Assembly: GCA_963713825.1 (NCBI GenBank)
Contig: CAVQNG010000004.1
Span: forward strand, 32,001-96,000
Reading direction: 5' to 3'
DNA from: an uncultured Acidobacteriota bacterium
GTDB lineage: Bacteria > Acidobacteriota > Thermoanaerobaculia > Multivoradales > JAHEKO01
DNA length: 64,000 nucleotides
In this document: positions 55,265 to 64,000 of the stretch, in pieces
Layout: every line of letters starts with the position of its first letter
Position numbering within the stretch: the first letter of the stretch is position 1
Translations under genes and position numbers: made by a program
Notes under the pieces: generated by a model
What the model saw: only the letters and a program-made list of their open reading frames with translations
The model's database searches: none
What the model was told of the DNA's origin: nothing

Positions 55265-56262
55265 GAGCTCGCCCCTGCCATGTCGAGGCTGAGCGCCGGA
55301 GTAGCGGGGTCACTTCCCGCAAGGGGATACGGCTGGCGCCCGACAGGCGGCAGCAGAGCCAAAGCCTCCAGAATCCTGCGACGCTGACCACGCCCCCGAC
55401 CGAAGCCTATGACCTCGTTCCGCGTCACCAGCTCGACCTCGTAATCCCGTTCCAAGTAGTAGTGGGCAGCCGTTGCCGCTTCGCTGACCAGCTCCTCGAA
55501 CGCCTCTTGCCTCGAAGGGCTGTCCAGGTCGCCGACCGCATTGTCGAGCACGATCGAAAGGCGCTCACCAGTCTCCGCCTCCCGCTCCATGTAGACCATC
55601 TCGCCGGTCCGGGCAGTCTGCTTCCAGTGGACTCCTCGCCGATCGTCGCCGTGTCGAAAAGCCCTCAGGCTGTGCAGCTCGGGACCGACCCCGATCCTGC
55701 GAGCCGACTGCTCGCCCGCTCCTCCCAGCCCCTTTTGCCGAAACTCGATCGAGTCACGAATCTCCGGATAGACCAGCAACTCGAGGTCGACCCGGTATCT
55801 CATTCCCTTGCGGAAGAGACCCAGAGGGAAGATCGATGCCAAGTGCGCGTGCTCGAGTTGTAGGATTCCCCTGCCTGTCGCGGTCAGCTCGAGGTTGCCG
55901 GCGAAGCTGGAGCGACGCGGTAGGAAGGGCACCAGCACGGACCTGGCCTGTCCGGTCCCGGTCAGGACCAACAGCCACCGCGGCCAGAAGTGTCCCCGGT
56001 TCCGCAGATCGAAGCCGATATCGAAAGGCTCTTTGGCGTACACCTCTGGCGGCGGCTCGAACTCGACTTCGAGCTGGCGGAGATTCTGTCTCGAGATCAC
56101 CCCGGAGACGACGAGCAAAGACAGCATCGTCGCCTCGACGAGATAGAGAGCATTGTTGCCGGTGTTGGCAGCCGGGATCGCCACCAGGACTGTCAGGATG
56201 ATGAACCAGAGACCGACTTTGGTGATCCGAATGCCCTCAGGGACGGTCTTGCGCCGTGCCAT
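55261..56262 (-). CDS. DUF58 domain protein
   Basis: NTGNNALYL, FPLGLF, LRAFRHGDD..VHWKQTAR; follows a MoxR ATPase. Confidence 0.9.
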   Translation of the reverse strand: MARRKTVPEGIRITKVGLWFIILTVLVAIPAANTGNNALYLVEATMLSLLVVSGVISRQNLRQLEVEFEPPPEVYAKEPFDIGFDLRNRGHFWPRWLLVLTGTGQARSVLVPFLPRRSSFAGNLELTATGRGILQLEHAHLASIFPLGLFRKGMRYRVDLELLVYPEIRDSIEFRQKGLGGAGEQSARRIGVGPELHSLRAFRHGDDRRGVHWKQTARTGEMVYMEREAETGERLSIVLDNAVGDLDSPSRQEAFEELVSEAATAAHYYLERDYEVELVTRNEVIGFGRGRGQRRRILEALALLPPVGRQPYPLAGSDPATPALSLDMAGASS

Positions 56263-57230
56263 CAGACAGGAATCGGAACCGAGTCCACAACCTTGGCGAC
56301 AGCGTGCCTCGCGGCCTCCAGACCACCGCCGCCATTCTTGAGGAGAACCCGATGAGCGAGCACGGGCGTAGCCACTCTCTGCACATCGTCCGGTGTCGCG
56401 AAGGATCGCCCCTCGCAGAGCGCCATGGCCTGCGCGGAGCGGTAGAGATTCTGTACTCCCCGCGTTGAAACGCCCAGGGCGAACAGTGCGGACTCACGAG
56501 TGGACTCGGCCAAAGAAAGGATGTAGTCGGTCAGCTTCTCGGCCACCAGGACCTCCTCGGCCCGGGCCTGGAGCTGCAGGACGTCTTCACAGCTCACCAC
56601 AGGTTCGAGCTCTGCCAGAACCCGTTCGACTCCGCCCGAGATGAGGAGCTCCCGCTCTTGCGCTCGCGGTGGATAGCCGAGCCGCAGCGACATCATGAAT
56701 CGATCCAGTTGGGACTCGGGAAGTGGAAAGGTGCCGACATACTCGAGCGGATTCTGGGTTGCCAGGACGATGAACGGCTCCGGCAATGGATGTCGCTCGC
56801 GGTCGATCGTCACATGGCGCTCGCTCATGGCTTCCAACAACGCCGACTGCGTCTTGGGACTGGCGCGGTTGATCTCGTCAGCCAGTACGACGTTGGAGAA
56901 GATCGGACCCGGCACGTACTCGAACCGCTCACTGGCCTGTCGATAGATGGAGACTCCCACGATGTCCGACGGCAGCAGATCGCTGGTGAATTGGATCCTC
57001 TGGAAGGCGAGTCCCAGCGAGCTGGCCAGCGACTGCGCCAACGTTGTTTTGCCGACACCCGGAACATCCTCGATGAGGACGTGACCGCGGGCCAATAGGC
57101 AAACCACCGCCTGCCGAATGACATCGCCCTTGCCTTTCACCACAGAACCCACCTGACGCTCGAGCCGAGCGATCAGGTCTGCGGCCACAGCCTCGTGGGT
57201 GGTAGTGGCGGGGCGTTGGTTCGCGGTCAT
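56262..57230 (-). CDS. MoxR family AAA+ ATPase
   Basis: EDVPGVGKT, RIQFTSDLLPSD, DEINRASPKTQSALLEAM, ATQNP. Confidence 0.95.
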   Translation of the reverse strand: MTANQRPATTTHEAVAADLIARLERQVGSVVKGKGDVIRQAVVCLLARGHVLIEDVPGVGKTTLAQSLASSLGLAFQRIQFTSDLLPSDIVGVSIYRQASERFEYVPGPIFSNVVLADEINRASPKTQSALLEAMSERHVTIDRERHPLPEPFIVLATQNPLEYVGTFPLPESQLDRFMMSLRLGYPPRAQERELLISGGVERVLAELEPVVSCEDVLQLQARAEEVLVAEKLTDYILSLAESTRESALFALGVSTRGVQNLYRSAQAMALCEGRSFATPDDVQRVATPVLAHRVLLKNGGGGLEAARHAVAKVVDSVPIPV

Positions 57231-57314
57231 CGCATCTCCAGGCAGGCTCTCCGACGCGCGAGGTCGAAACCGGAGCTCCTCCCGGAGGAATTCAGCTACC
57301 CCAGGAGTTGGCGC

Positions 57315-57857
57315 TCAGGAGCCCGCAGCGAACTCCTTGTACTCGCTCCGCTCCTCTTCCGGTATTCCCTGACGGACCTCTACGAAGAAACCGTCACCCT
57401 CTTCATACGACACATCCTCCAATATGTGCGTGAATTGAGTCACATTGGCCTTCTCGATATCGGAGGTGTCGAACCAGACTCGCCAGTGGTCCTTCTCCTG
57501 ACCATCCGCAGCCGCCATCGAAATATCGACAGTGACGCCGGGCAGCTTCTCGTTGCTGTCGTGCTGGATCAGAATGTCGAGCAGGACTCGTTGACTGATG
57601 GCCACCGGCTCAAAATCAGCCTGCTCTTCCAAGACCTCCTCAACGGCTTCCACTTCTTCGGCCGGAGCATCGATCTCCCCGATCGGTGCCTCGATGATGG
57701 GCTCCTCCTCCACTACGAAACCGTTCAGTCTGGCCTTGTAGAGTGACCGCGTCTGGGCGGTCTTTTCAGCGGGAGAACTGGGGCCGCAGGCGGTGAGAGC
57801 CAGTCCGAGGAACAATACGGCTGCGCATACGATCGACCATCGACGTGGGTGGCTCAC
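57315..57857 (-). CDS. Hypothetical acidic lipoprotein
   Basis: Lipobox LTAC; RBS AGGAGG before GTG. Confidence 0.7.
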   Translation of the reverse strand: MSHPRRWSIVCAAVLFLGLALTACGPSSPAEKTAQTRSLYKARLNGFVVEEEPIIEAPIGEIDAPAEEVEAVEEVLEEQADFEPVAISQRVLLDILIQHDSNEKLPGVTVDISMAAADGQEKDHWRVWFDTSDIEKANVTQFTHILEDVSYEEGDGFFVEVRQGIPEEERSEYKEFAAGS

Positions 57858-57913
57858 GAGGGACCTCCTGGATGCCGAGCTTGAGCATCATGACGGTTCT
57901 TGAGGGCTGTGAC

Positions 57914-58618
57914 TCAACGGAAGAGATTATAGCGAACGATGGCCCAAACGGCGGCCACTCCGTCTTTCCATCCGATCTTCTTGCCTTCCGCGTAGGTTCG
58001 ACCGGCGTAGGAGATCGGAACCTCGTAGATTCGCACCCGCTGTTTGGCGACTTTGGCGGTCATCTCGGGCTCGATGGCGAACCGGTTCGAGTTGAGCGTC
58101 AGCTTGTCGAGCACTTCCTTCCTGAACACCTTGTAGCCAGTCTCCATGTCGGACAGGTTCAGATCCGTGAACATGTTCGACAACAGGGTCAGAAGCTTGT
58201 TGCCCTGGTAGTGCCAGAAGAAGAGCACCCGATGCGGCCCGCCCAGGAACCTGGAGCCGTAGACGACATCCGCCCCTTCTTCCAACAGCGGTTGGAGAAG
58301 AACAGGATAGTCTCTGGGGTGATACTCGAGATCCGCATCCTGGACCAGGACGAAATCTCCAGTGGCGGCAGCAAAGCCGCTGCGCAAGGCCGCACCTTTG
58401 CCCTGGTTTTCCCCGTGCTTGACAAGCTTGAAGGCAACCTCGCCGCTGGCAGCGAGCTCCTCGAGCTTGGCCTGCGTGCCATCGGTCGAAGCGTCGTCCA
58501 CGACGACGATCTCCAAGTCCACACCATCGGGTAGCGCCGCAGCCCTCACTCGCTCGAGGACCCGCTCGATGGTCTTGACTTCGTTGAACGCGGGAATGAC
58601 GACAGTGAGCTTCTTCAT
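57914..58618 (-). CDS. GT2 family glycosyltransferase (DPM1-like)
   Basis: VIPAFNE, VDDASTDGT, NQGKG, QDADLEY, DMETGYK. Confidence 0.92.
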   Translation of the reverse strand: MKKLTVVIPAFNEVKTIERVLERVRAAALPDGVDLEIVVVDDASTDGTQAKLEELAASGEVAFKLVKHGENQGKGAALRSGFAAATGDFVLVQDADLEYHPRDYPVLLQPLLEEGADVVYGSRFLGGPHRVLFFWHYQGNKLLTLLSNMFTDLNLSDMETGYKVFRKEVLDKLTLNSNRFAIEPEMTAKVAKQRVRIYEVPISYAGRTYAEGKKIGWKDGVAAVWAIVRYNLFR

Positions 58619-58706
58619 GGCGCCCGCATTATAGCGCGCACCTCAGCTTCAAACCGCCGCATCCGGGACCGCAGAACAGGGCTTTCCGAGTCTTTCGAAG
58701 ACCGAG

Positions 58707-59720
58707 CTATCGCAGGGGTCGCTGATGGCTACCGCGGTTCAGGCAGGTCCCAGGGCCCTTGCTGCATGCCTTTTCAAAGATGGCCAGGAAAGACTCGTTG
58801 AGAATCGAGCTGCCGGTGAAATTCCCAGTCCCCCCCGTGGGCCCGTAGGAGACCACCCCAACGACCCTGTTGGCCGGTCCGTTGGCCCCGGATTGGCCGA
58901 TCGCTCTCTGCCCGAAGTTCTGAATCAGGGGCCCGCCGCTGGAACCCGCCAGCATGTCGGAGCCGTACACGGCCGTGTCATCGAAGCAGCACGCGGAATC
59001 GCCGCTCGTAACCTGATGAAGCTCCTCGCCGCCATCGTGATTGGAGGGAAATCCCAGGATGTGCACATGATTCGGCACCAGCGACTGGACTCTGAAGCCC
59101 AGCCAGCCGGTAGCTCTGCCAATGGTCCTACCTTCCTTGTCGTTGAGGACCAGGACACCGAAATCGGCCGCGTTCGGCAGCACATCGCTGGAGAGCTTCC
59201 AATCCTCGGTGACCGCCGCGAATTTGGCCGTCCAGACACCAAATGGGTACTGCCCGTTGTGGTAACCCGGAACAAAAGCGAAGTTGTCGTGGAACCGCTG
59301 CCGGACCGCATCGTAGACGCAATGGCCCGCTGTCAGGATGACCCGATTCGAGATCACCGAGGCCGAGCACACGAAGGTACCCTGCCGCGATTTGAAGAAC
59401 AGCCGGCCTACTGTCGTGTAGGGATAGGTTGTCCGGGCACTCCTCGGCACCAGGCGGGAGCTGCTGAACTGAAGATCTCGAGCCGGCAAGCTGACGGTGC
59501 CGTCTCCGGTTGTCCCCAGGTCATCCGCCAGAAGCTGCGACATCCGCGTTCGAGAGACCCGCGGCAGTGGCATATCCCGCGCCCTGCGCATGCGGTTCGA
59601 AGTCCAGTAGTCACGGTCGGATCGCAGGGAGGAGGAAACGACCTCTCTGCTTTGCGCTTGGAGAATTTCGGGAGCGGCGATTGTCAGGAGAAGCAGACCC
59701 AGTAGCAGATTCTTGATCAT
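58707..59720 (-). CDS. Secreted trypsin-like (V8/glutamyl endopeptidase-type) serine protease
   Basis: Signal peptide from ATG 59720; CSASV, LTAGHC, DFG, GSSGGP. Confidence 0.85.
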   Translation of the reverse strand: MIKNLLLGLLLLTIAAPEILQAQSREVVSSSLRSDRDYWTSNRMRRARDMPLPRVSRTRMSQLLADDLGTTGDGTVSLPARDLQFSSSRLVPRSARTTYPYTTVGRLFFKSRQGTFVCSASVISNRVILTAGHCVYDAVRQRFHDNFAFVPGYHNGQYPFGVWTAKFAAVTEDWKLSSDVLPNAADFGVLVLNDKEGRTIGRATGWLGFRVQSLVPNHVHILGFPSNHDGGEELHQVTSGDSACCFDDTAVYGSDMLAGSSGGPLIQNFGQRAIGQSGANGPANRVVGVVSYGPTGGTGNFTGSSILNESFLAIFEKACSKGPGTCLNRGSHQRPLR

Positions 59721-59848
59721 CGCAACCGACCCCTTTCTCAGCAGTTCTTGCCGACGAACCAACGATTCAGTATAGCAAGTGGATCCCTGCGGCCTGTGTC
59801 GCACACGGCTCACTTCCACCCCTGTGCGGGTCGCGGAAGTCAGTCGAC

Positions 59849-61207
59849 CTACTGGATGTAGCCGAGAGCGCGCAGCTCGTCGAGAGTGGAATCGGCGGGC
59901 GCCACCACCTCCGGCACCAGTGGCTGACGGGATTCGAGGGCCTCTTGCAGTGCCGAGGTGAGGCGCTCTGCCGCCTCGACCCCGCTGCCGGTCGCACTTC
60001 CGTACCACTGCTCGTCAGGGTCTCGGGACAGGTCGAAGAGGTCCGTGTCGATGAGCTTCCAGTCTGGTTGTCGAACCGAAGTGGCCCCACTCTGTGTTGG
60101 GGGACGATCGAGCCGACTGATCGCGACCATCTCGGCCTCCTGCTCGTCACCGATTCGGGTACCCAGATCGACACCAGAGAACACCTCGGGAATCTCGAGA
60201 CCAGCAGCGGCCACCACCGTCGGAGGTATGTCAATGCCTCGAACCTGGGCGGCTACCCGCTGACCCGCATGAGTCGAGGCGGGAAGCTTGACGACAAGCG
60301 GTACCCTCAACAGCTCGTCATACAGCGTGTGGGAGTGCCAGCCGACAACCCCATGCTCGCCGAACTCCTCACCGTGATCGGAGGTAAAGACGATCAGGGT
60401 GTTGTCATACTGATCGCTGTCCTTCAGAAACCGGATCAGGATCGCCAGACCATCGTCGGCCGACCGAATCTCGGCATCGTAGGCGCTGAGAACATGCGGC
60501 AAATCCCGCGCGGCGTCGAACTCGATCTCGCCCCGATTGATCTCCCGGAGCAGATCGATGCTGATGTCGTCTGGCAGAGGCCCGGAGTAGCCCTCGTCGA
60601 AGAGCTCGAGATAGTCCTTCCGAGGGGTGTAGGGATGGTGAACCTCATACGAATGAAGGAAGAGGAAGAAGGGCCTTTCATCGGCGCTCTCGAGCCAATC
60701 CAAACCCGCTCTCACAGTGCCGGAAAACTTCTCGGACGAAGGCTGATTGTAGAGCTCGAAACCCTGATCGAGACCGAAAACCCGATCCATCTGTCCACCA
60801 CCGGAGAAGGCTGCGGTGCGATAGCCCGCCTCCTGGAGGACCTCAGCAACGGTCAGCGCCTCTTCGGCAAGCCGAGTCTTGCCCGACCAGGTGGCCAAGT
60901 GGTGATGAGGCAAGAGCGAGGTCAGCATCGAGGCGTGAGAGTGGAGCGTCGAGGGGGCCTGGGCTATCGCCTGCTCGAAGACCACGGCGTCATCGCACAG
61001 AAGATCCAGGGCCGGACTCGTGTCCTTCTCGTAGCCGTAGCAACCCAGGTGATCGGGCCGGAGTGTGTCGATCGAGATCAAGATGACGTTCGTGGGTCGC
61101 TCGTTCAACCCGGGATCGGCATCCCTGCCGCCACAGGAGCTCATGAGCCCGCTCGCTGTCACTGAAGAGGCCAGGAGCAACCTGACGATGGTCTGTCGAG
61201 CTTTCAC
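59849..61207 (-). CDS. Sulfatase-like hydrolase/transferase lipoprotein (Thr at the nucleophile position)
   Basis: NVILISIDTLRPDHLG, APSTLHSHAS, HHPY, FTSDHGEEF; lipobox MSSC; start uncertain. Confidence 0.8.
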   Translation of the reverse strand: MKARQTIVRLLLASSVTASGLMSSCGGRDADPGLNERPTNVILISIDTLRPDHLGCYGYEKDTSPALDLLCDDAVVFEQAIAQAPSTLHSHASMLTSLLPHHHLATWSGKTRLAEEALTVAEVLQEAGYRTAAFSGGGQMDRVFGLDQGFELYNQPSSEKFSGTVRAGLDWLESADERPFFLFLHSYEVHHPYTPRKDYLELFDEGYSGPLPDDISIDLLREINRGEIEFDAARDLPHVLSAYDAEIRSADDGLAILIRFLKDSDQYDNTLIVFTSDHGEEFGEHGVVGWHSHTLYDELLRVPLVVKLPASTHAGQRVAAQVRGIDIPPTVVAAAGLEIPEVFSGVDLGTRIGDEQEAEMVAISRLDRPPTQSGATSVRQPDWKLIDTDLFDLSRDPDEQWYGSATGSGVEAAERLTSALQEALESRQPLVPEVVAPADSTLDELRALGYIQ

Positions 61208-61287
61208 GATCGATTCTCGGATTTTCGTTGTGTCCCAAAGGCAATGCTGGCCGAAAGCGGCGGGAATCGTAGCACAGACAATACCCG

Positions 61288-62259
61288 CTATCCGGTGGGT
61301 GCCGACTCGCTGCCCACAGCGTCTTGCCAACGACTGCGGAGTGATCCCAGAAGCTCGACCTCAGGTACCAATTCCACTCCGAAGCGCTCCTGCACCGCCT
61401 GCCTTGCCGAGAGCATCAACTCCAACACGTCCAGGGCGAGCGCTTGGCCCTGGTTGACGATGACGTTCGCATGCTTGGGGCTGATCTGTGCGTCGCCGCA
61501 CCGGGCGCCCTTCAGACCGCAGGCTTCGATCAGCCTGCCAGCATGATCGCCCGGCGGATTCCTGAAGATCGAGCCAACGTTGGGCCGGCCCGAGGGCAGA
61601 CTCTGCCGGCGTCGCTGATTGAGCTCCGCGATCCGCCCCAGAGCCTTCTCGGCGTCGCCTTCCTGAAGCTGGAACGTAGCGCTGAGGACGACTCCACCCG
61701 AATCCCGCAAGATCGTTCGACGGTAGGCGGGCTGAAGCTCGTCAGGAGTCAGGTGTCGAACCCGCCTGTCGCGTTCGAGAACGACGGTTTCTACCAGCAC
61801 GTCCTTGATCTCGACACCGTAGCTGCCGGCGTTCATGCGGACTGCTCCACCGACTGTCGAAGGAAAGCCAGCCAGGGACTCGAGACCCTCGAACCCCTTC
61901 TCGGCCGCCAGTCGGGCCAACTTTGCCAGCGCCAAGCCGCCTCCAGCCGTCACTCTGGAGCCCTCGAATCGGAACCGAACGAAATCCCCTGCCAATCGCG
62001 CCACGACGCCCGATAGACCTTCATCAGGGAATAGAACATTGGATCCCAGGCCCAAGAGCTCGAACGGCAGTCCCAGCCGTTCGGTGACCGAGAGAAGAGA
62101 CTCGAGCGCTGTCTGAGTGTGCACCTGAACCAGAAACTCGGCAGGGCCGCCGATGCGAAAAGTAGAGTAGCCCGACAGTGCAGCGTCGCGTTCCACTTCG
62201 AGACCTTCGGCTTCTGCCAGTTGGCCGATCGAGTCTTCGAAATGGTTGGGAGTGCTCAC
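61288..62259 (-). CDS. murB: UDP-N-acetylmuramate dehydrogenase
   Basis: TFRIGGPA, LGLGSN, TVGGAVRMNAG, GSIFRNP, KHANVIVN, LVPEV. Confidence 0.94.
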   Translation of the reverse strand: MSTPNHFEDSIGQLAEAEGLEVERDAALSGYSTFRIGGPAEFLVQVHTQTALESLLSVTERLGLPFELLGLGSNVLFPDEGLSGVVARLAGDFVRFRFEGSRVTAGGGLALAKLARLAAEKGFEGLESLAGFPSTVGGAVRMNAGSYGVEIKDVLVETVVLERDRRVRHLTPDELQPAYRRTILRDSGGVVLSATFQLQEGDAEKALGRIAELNQRRRQSLPSGRPNVGSIFRNPPGDHAGRLIEACGLKGARCGDAQISPKHANVIVNQGQALALDVLELMLSARQAVQERFGVELVPEVELLGSLRSRWQDAVGSESAPTG

Positions 62260-62342
62260 GGTGCGAATCTGGAACGGGAGATAGTCAGCCCCAGCCAAGG
62301 AGCCTGGAGGCAAGAATCGACGGGGCGAATCCGTCTTACGCG

Positions 62343-62372
62343 TTGACGGCCCAAAGAGGCATTCGCTAGCAT
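62343..62372 (+). promoter_or_regulatory. Possible sigma70 promoter for recA (TTGACG-N18-TAGCAT)
   Basis: Consensus-like hexamers in the murB-recA gap. Confidence 0.4.
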
Positions 62373-62492
62373 CGCGTCCCTGCTACAGAGCGCCCCGATC
62401 GACGATTCGCCAGCCGTCCCAAGAGCGACTAGTATAGCGTTGGCATTCTGAAGCGACCGGTTCCGAGAAGCAGCCCCTCAGGAGTAGAAATC

Positions 62493-63542
<1,050 letters not shown>

Positions 63543-63545
63543 GCC

Positions 63546-64000
63546 CTGACGGCAAGCCGACGGCGCCACTGGGTGTGGTTTGCGCTCGCGATGATCGGCC
63601 TGCTGGCCGTTCAGCCGAGTGCGGGCGCCGAGTTGGAGCTAGAGACCGCCAGCACACACCTGAGAGGAATGTCTCTCGCCCTGACCGTCACGGTCATCGA
63701 CGCTGCGAATGAGGGGCTCATCCAGGTCGAGACCCTTATCGACGGCCGGTCCGTCGACCAACGGGCTCTCTCCGCGGGAGAGCACGAGCTTGTGATCGAA
63801 TCGGTCGAGCTGTCGTCTGGCAGCCACAGCCTTCAGGTCGCGACGCAGGGAGCCCGGGCCCAAACCTCGATTCGGGTGATTCCTGCCTGGCTCTCGATTC
63901 TGCCGCCCCTGGTCGCCATCGGCCTCGCCCTGGCCACCAAAGAGGTCTTGCTTTCGCTGTTTCTGGGGGTGTTCTCAGGGGCCCTGTTTCTCAATAGCTG
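63546..64000 (+). CDS. NhaC family transporter with N-terminal extracytoplasmic domain (truncated at the window edge)
   Basis: Open frame to the edge: signal-like segment, about 100-aa soluble part, then IPAWLSILPPLVAIGLALATKEVLLSLFLG; start uncertain (63546/63573/63591). Confidence 0.75.
   Translation, partial: MTASRRRHWVWFALAMIGLLAVQPSAGAELELETASTHLRGMSLALTVTVIDAANEGLIQVETLIDGRSVDQRALSAGEHELVIESVELSSGSHSLQVATQGARAQTSIRVIPAWLSILPPLVAIGLALATKEVLLSLFLGVFSGALFLNS

Noticed and set aside
53120-57230. MoxR-DUF58-transglutaminase as a novel system
   Set aside because: A widespread, already described gene trio
62314-62492. LexA box upstream of recA
   Set aside because: No convincing CTGT-N8-ACAG, GAAC-N4-GTTC or GTTC-N7-GTTC match found by eye

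Overview
A GC-rich bacterial chromosome segment. Gene content (fused aroD-aroE, MoxR-DUF58-transglutaminase trio, Thr-type sulfatase-like lipoprotein) suggests Acidobacteriota, possibly Thermoanaerobaculia; this is an inference. No rRNA, tRNA, CRISPR array or mobile element was seen. From left to right: (1) a probable light-response locus with an excisionase-type HTH/B12-binding-fold regulator whose lower cobalt-ligand His is replaced by Tyr, divergent from a CPD photolyase with a long, highly structured 5' leader, then a secreted DUF4397-like protein; the photolyase and DUF4397 promoters carry 9-bp tandem direct repeats; (2) amino-acid/amine catabolic genes interrupted by a small glycosyltransferase block, including a beta-lactamase-fold/D-aminoacylase fusion with DgcN/DgcA-like genes; (3) envelope and transport genes (cls, NhaC, NPP, pspC, site-2 protease, an NSS transporter with a 38-aa small subunit missing from the ORF track); (4) a minus-strand yceD-rpmF-plsX-fabD-fabG-acpP-fabF-aroDE-trpEGDCFBA run; (5) a polysaccharide glycosyltransferase/wcaJ cluster, the MoxR trio, a protease, a sulfatase-like protein, murB, recA and a truncated NhaC gene. 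Non-coding oddities include recurrent 3'-UTR hairpins with anti-Shine-Dalgarno loops (CCCCUCCUU) and two intergenic repeats able to form G-quadruplexes. All product calls come from motif recognition, not database searches.
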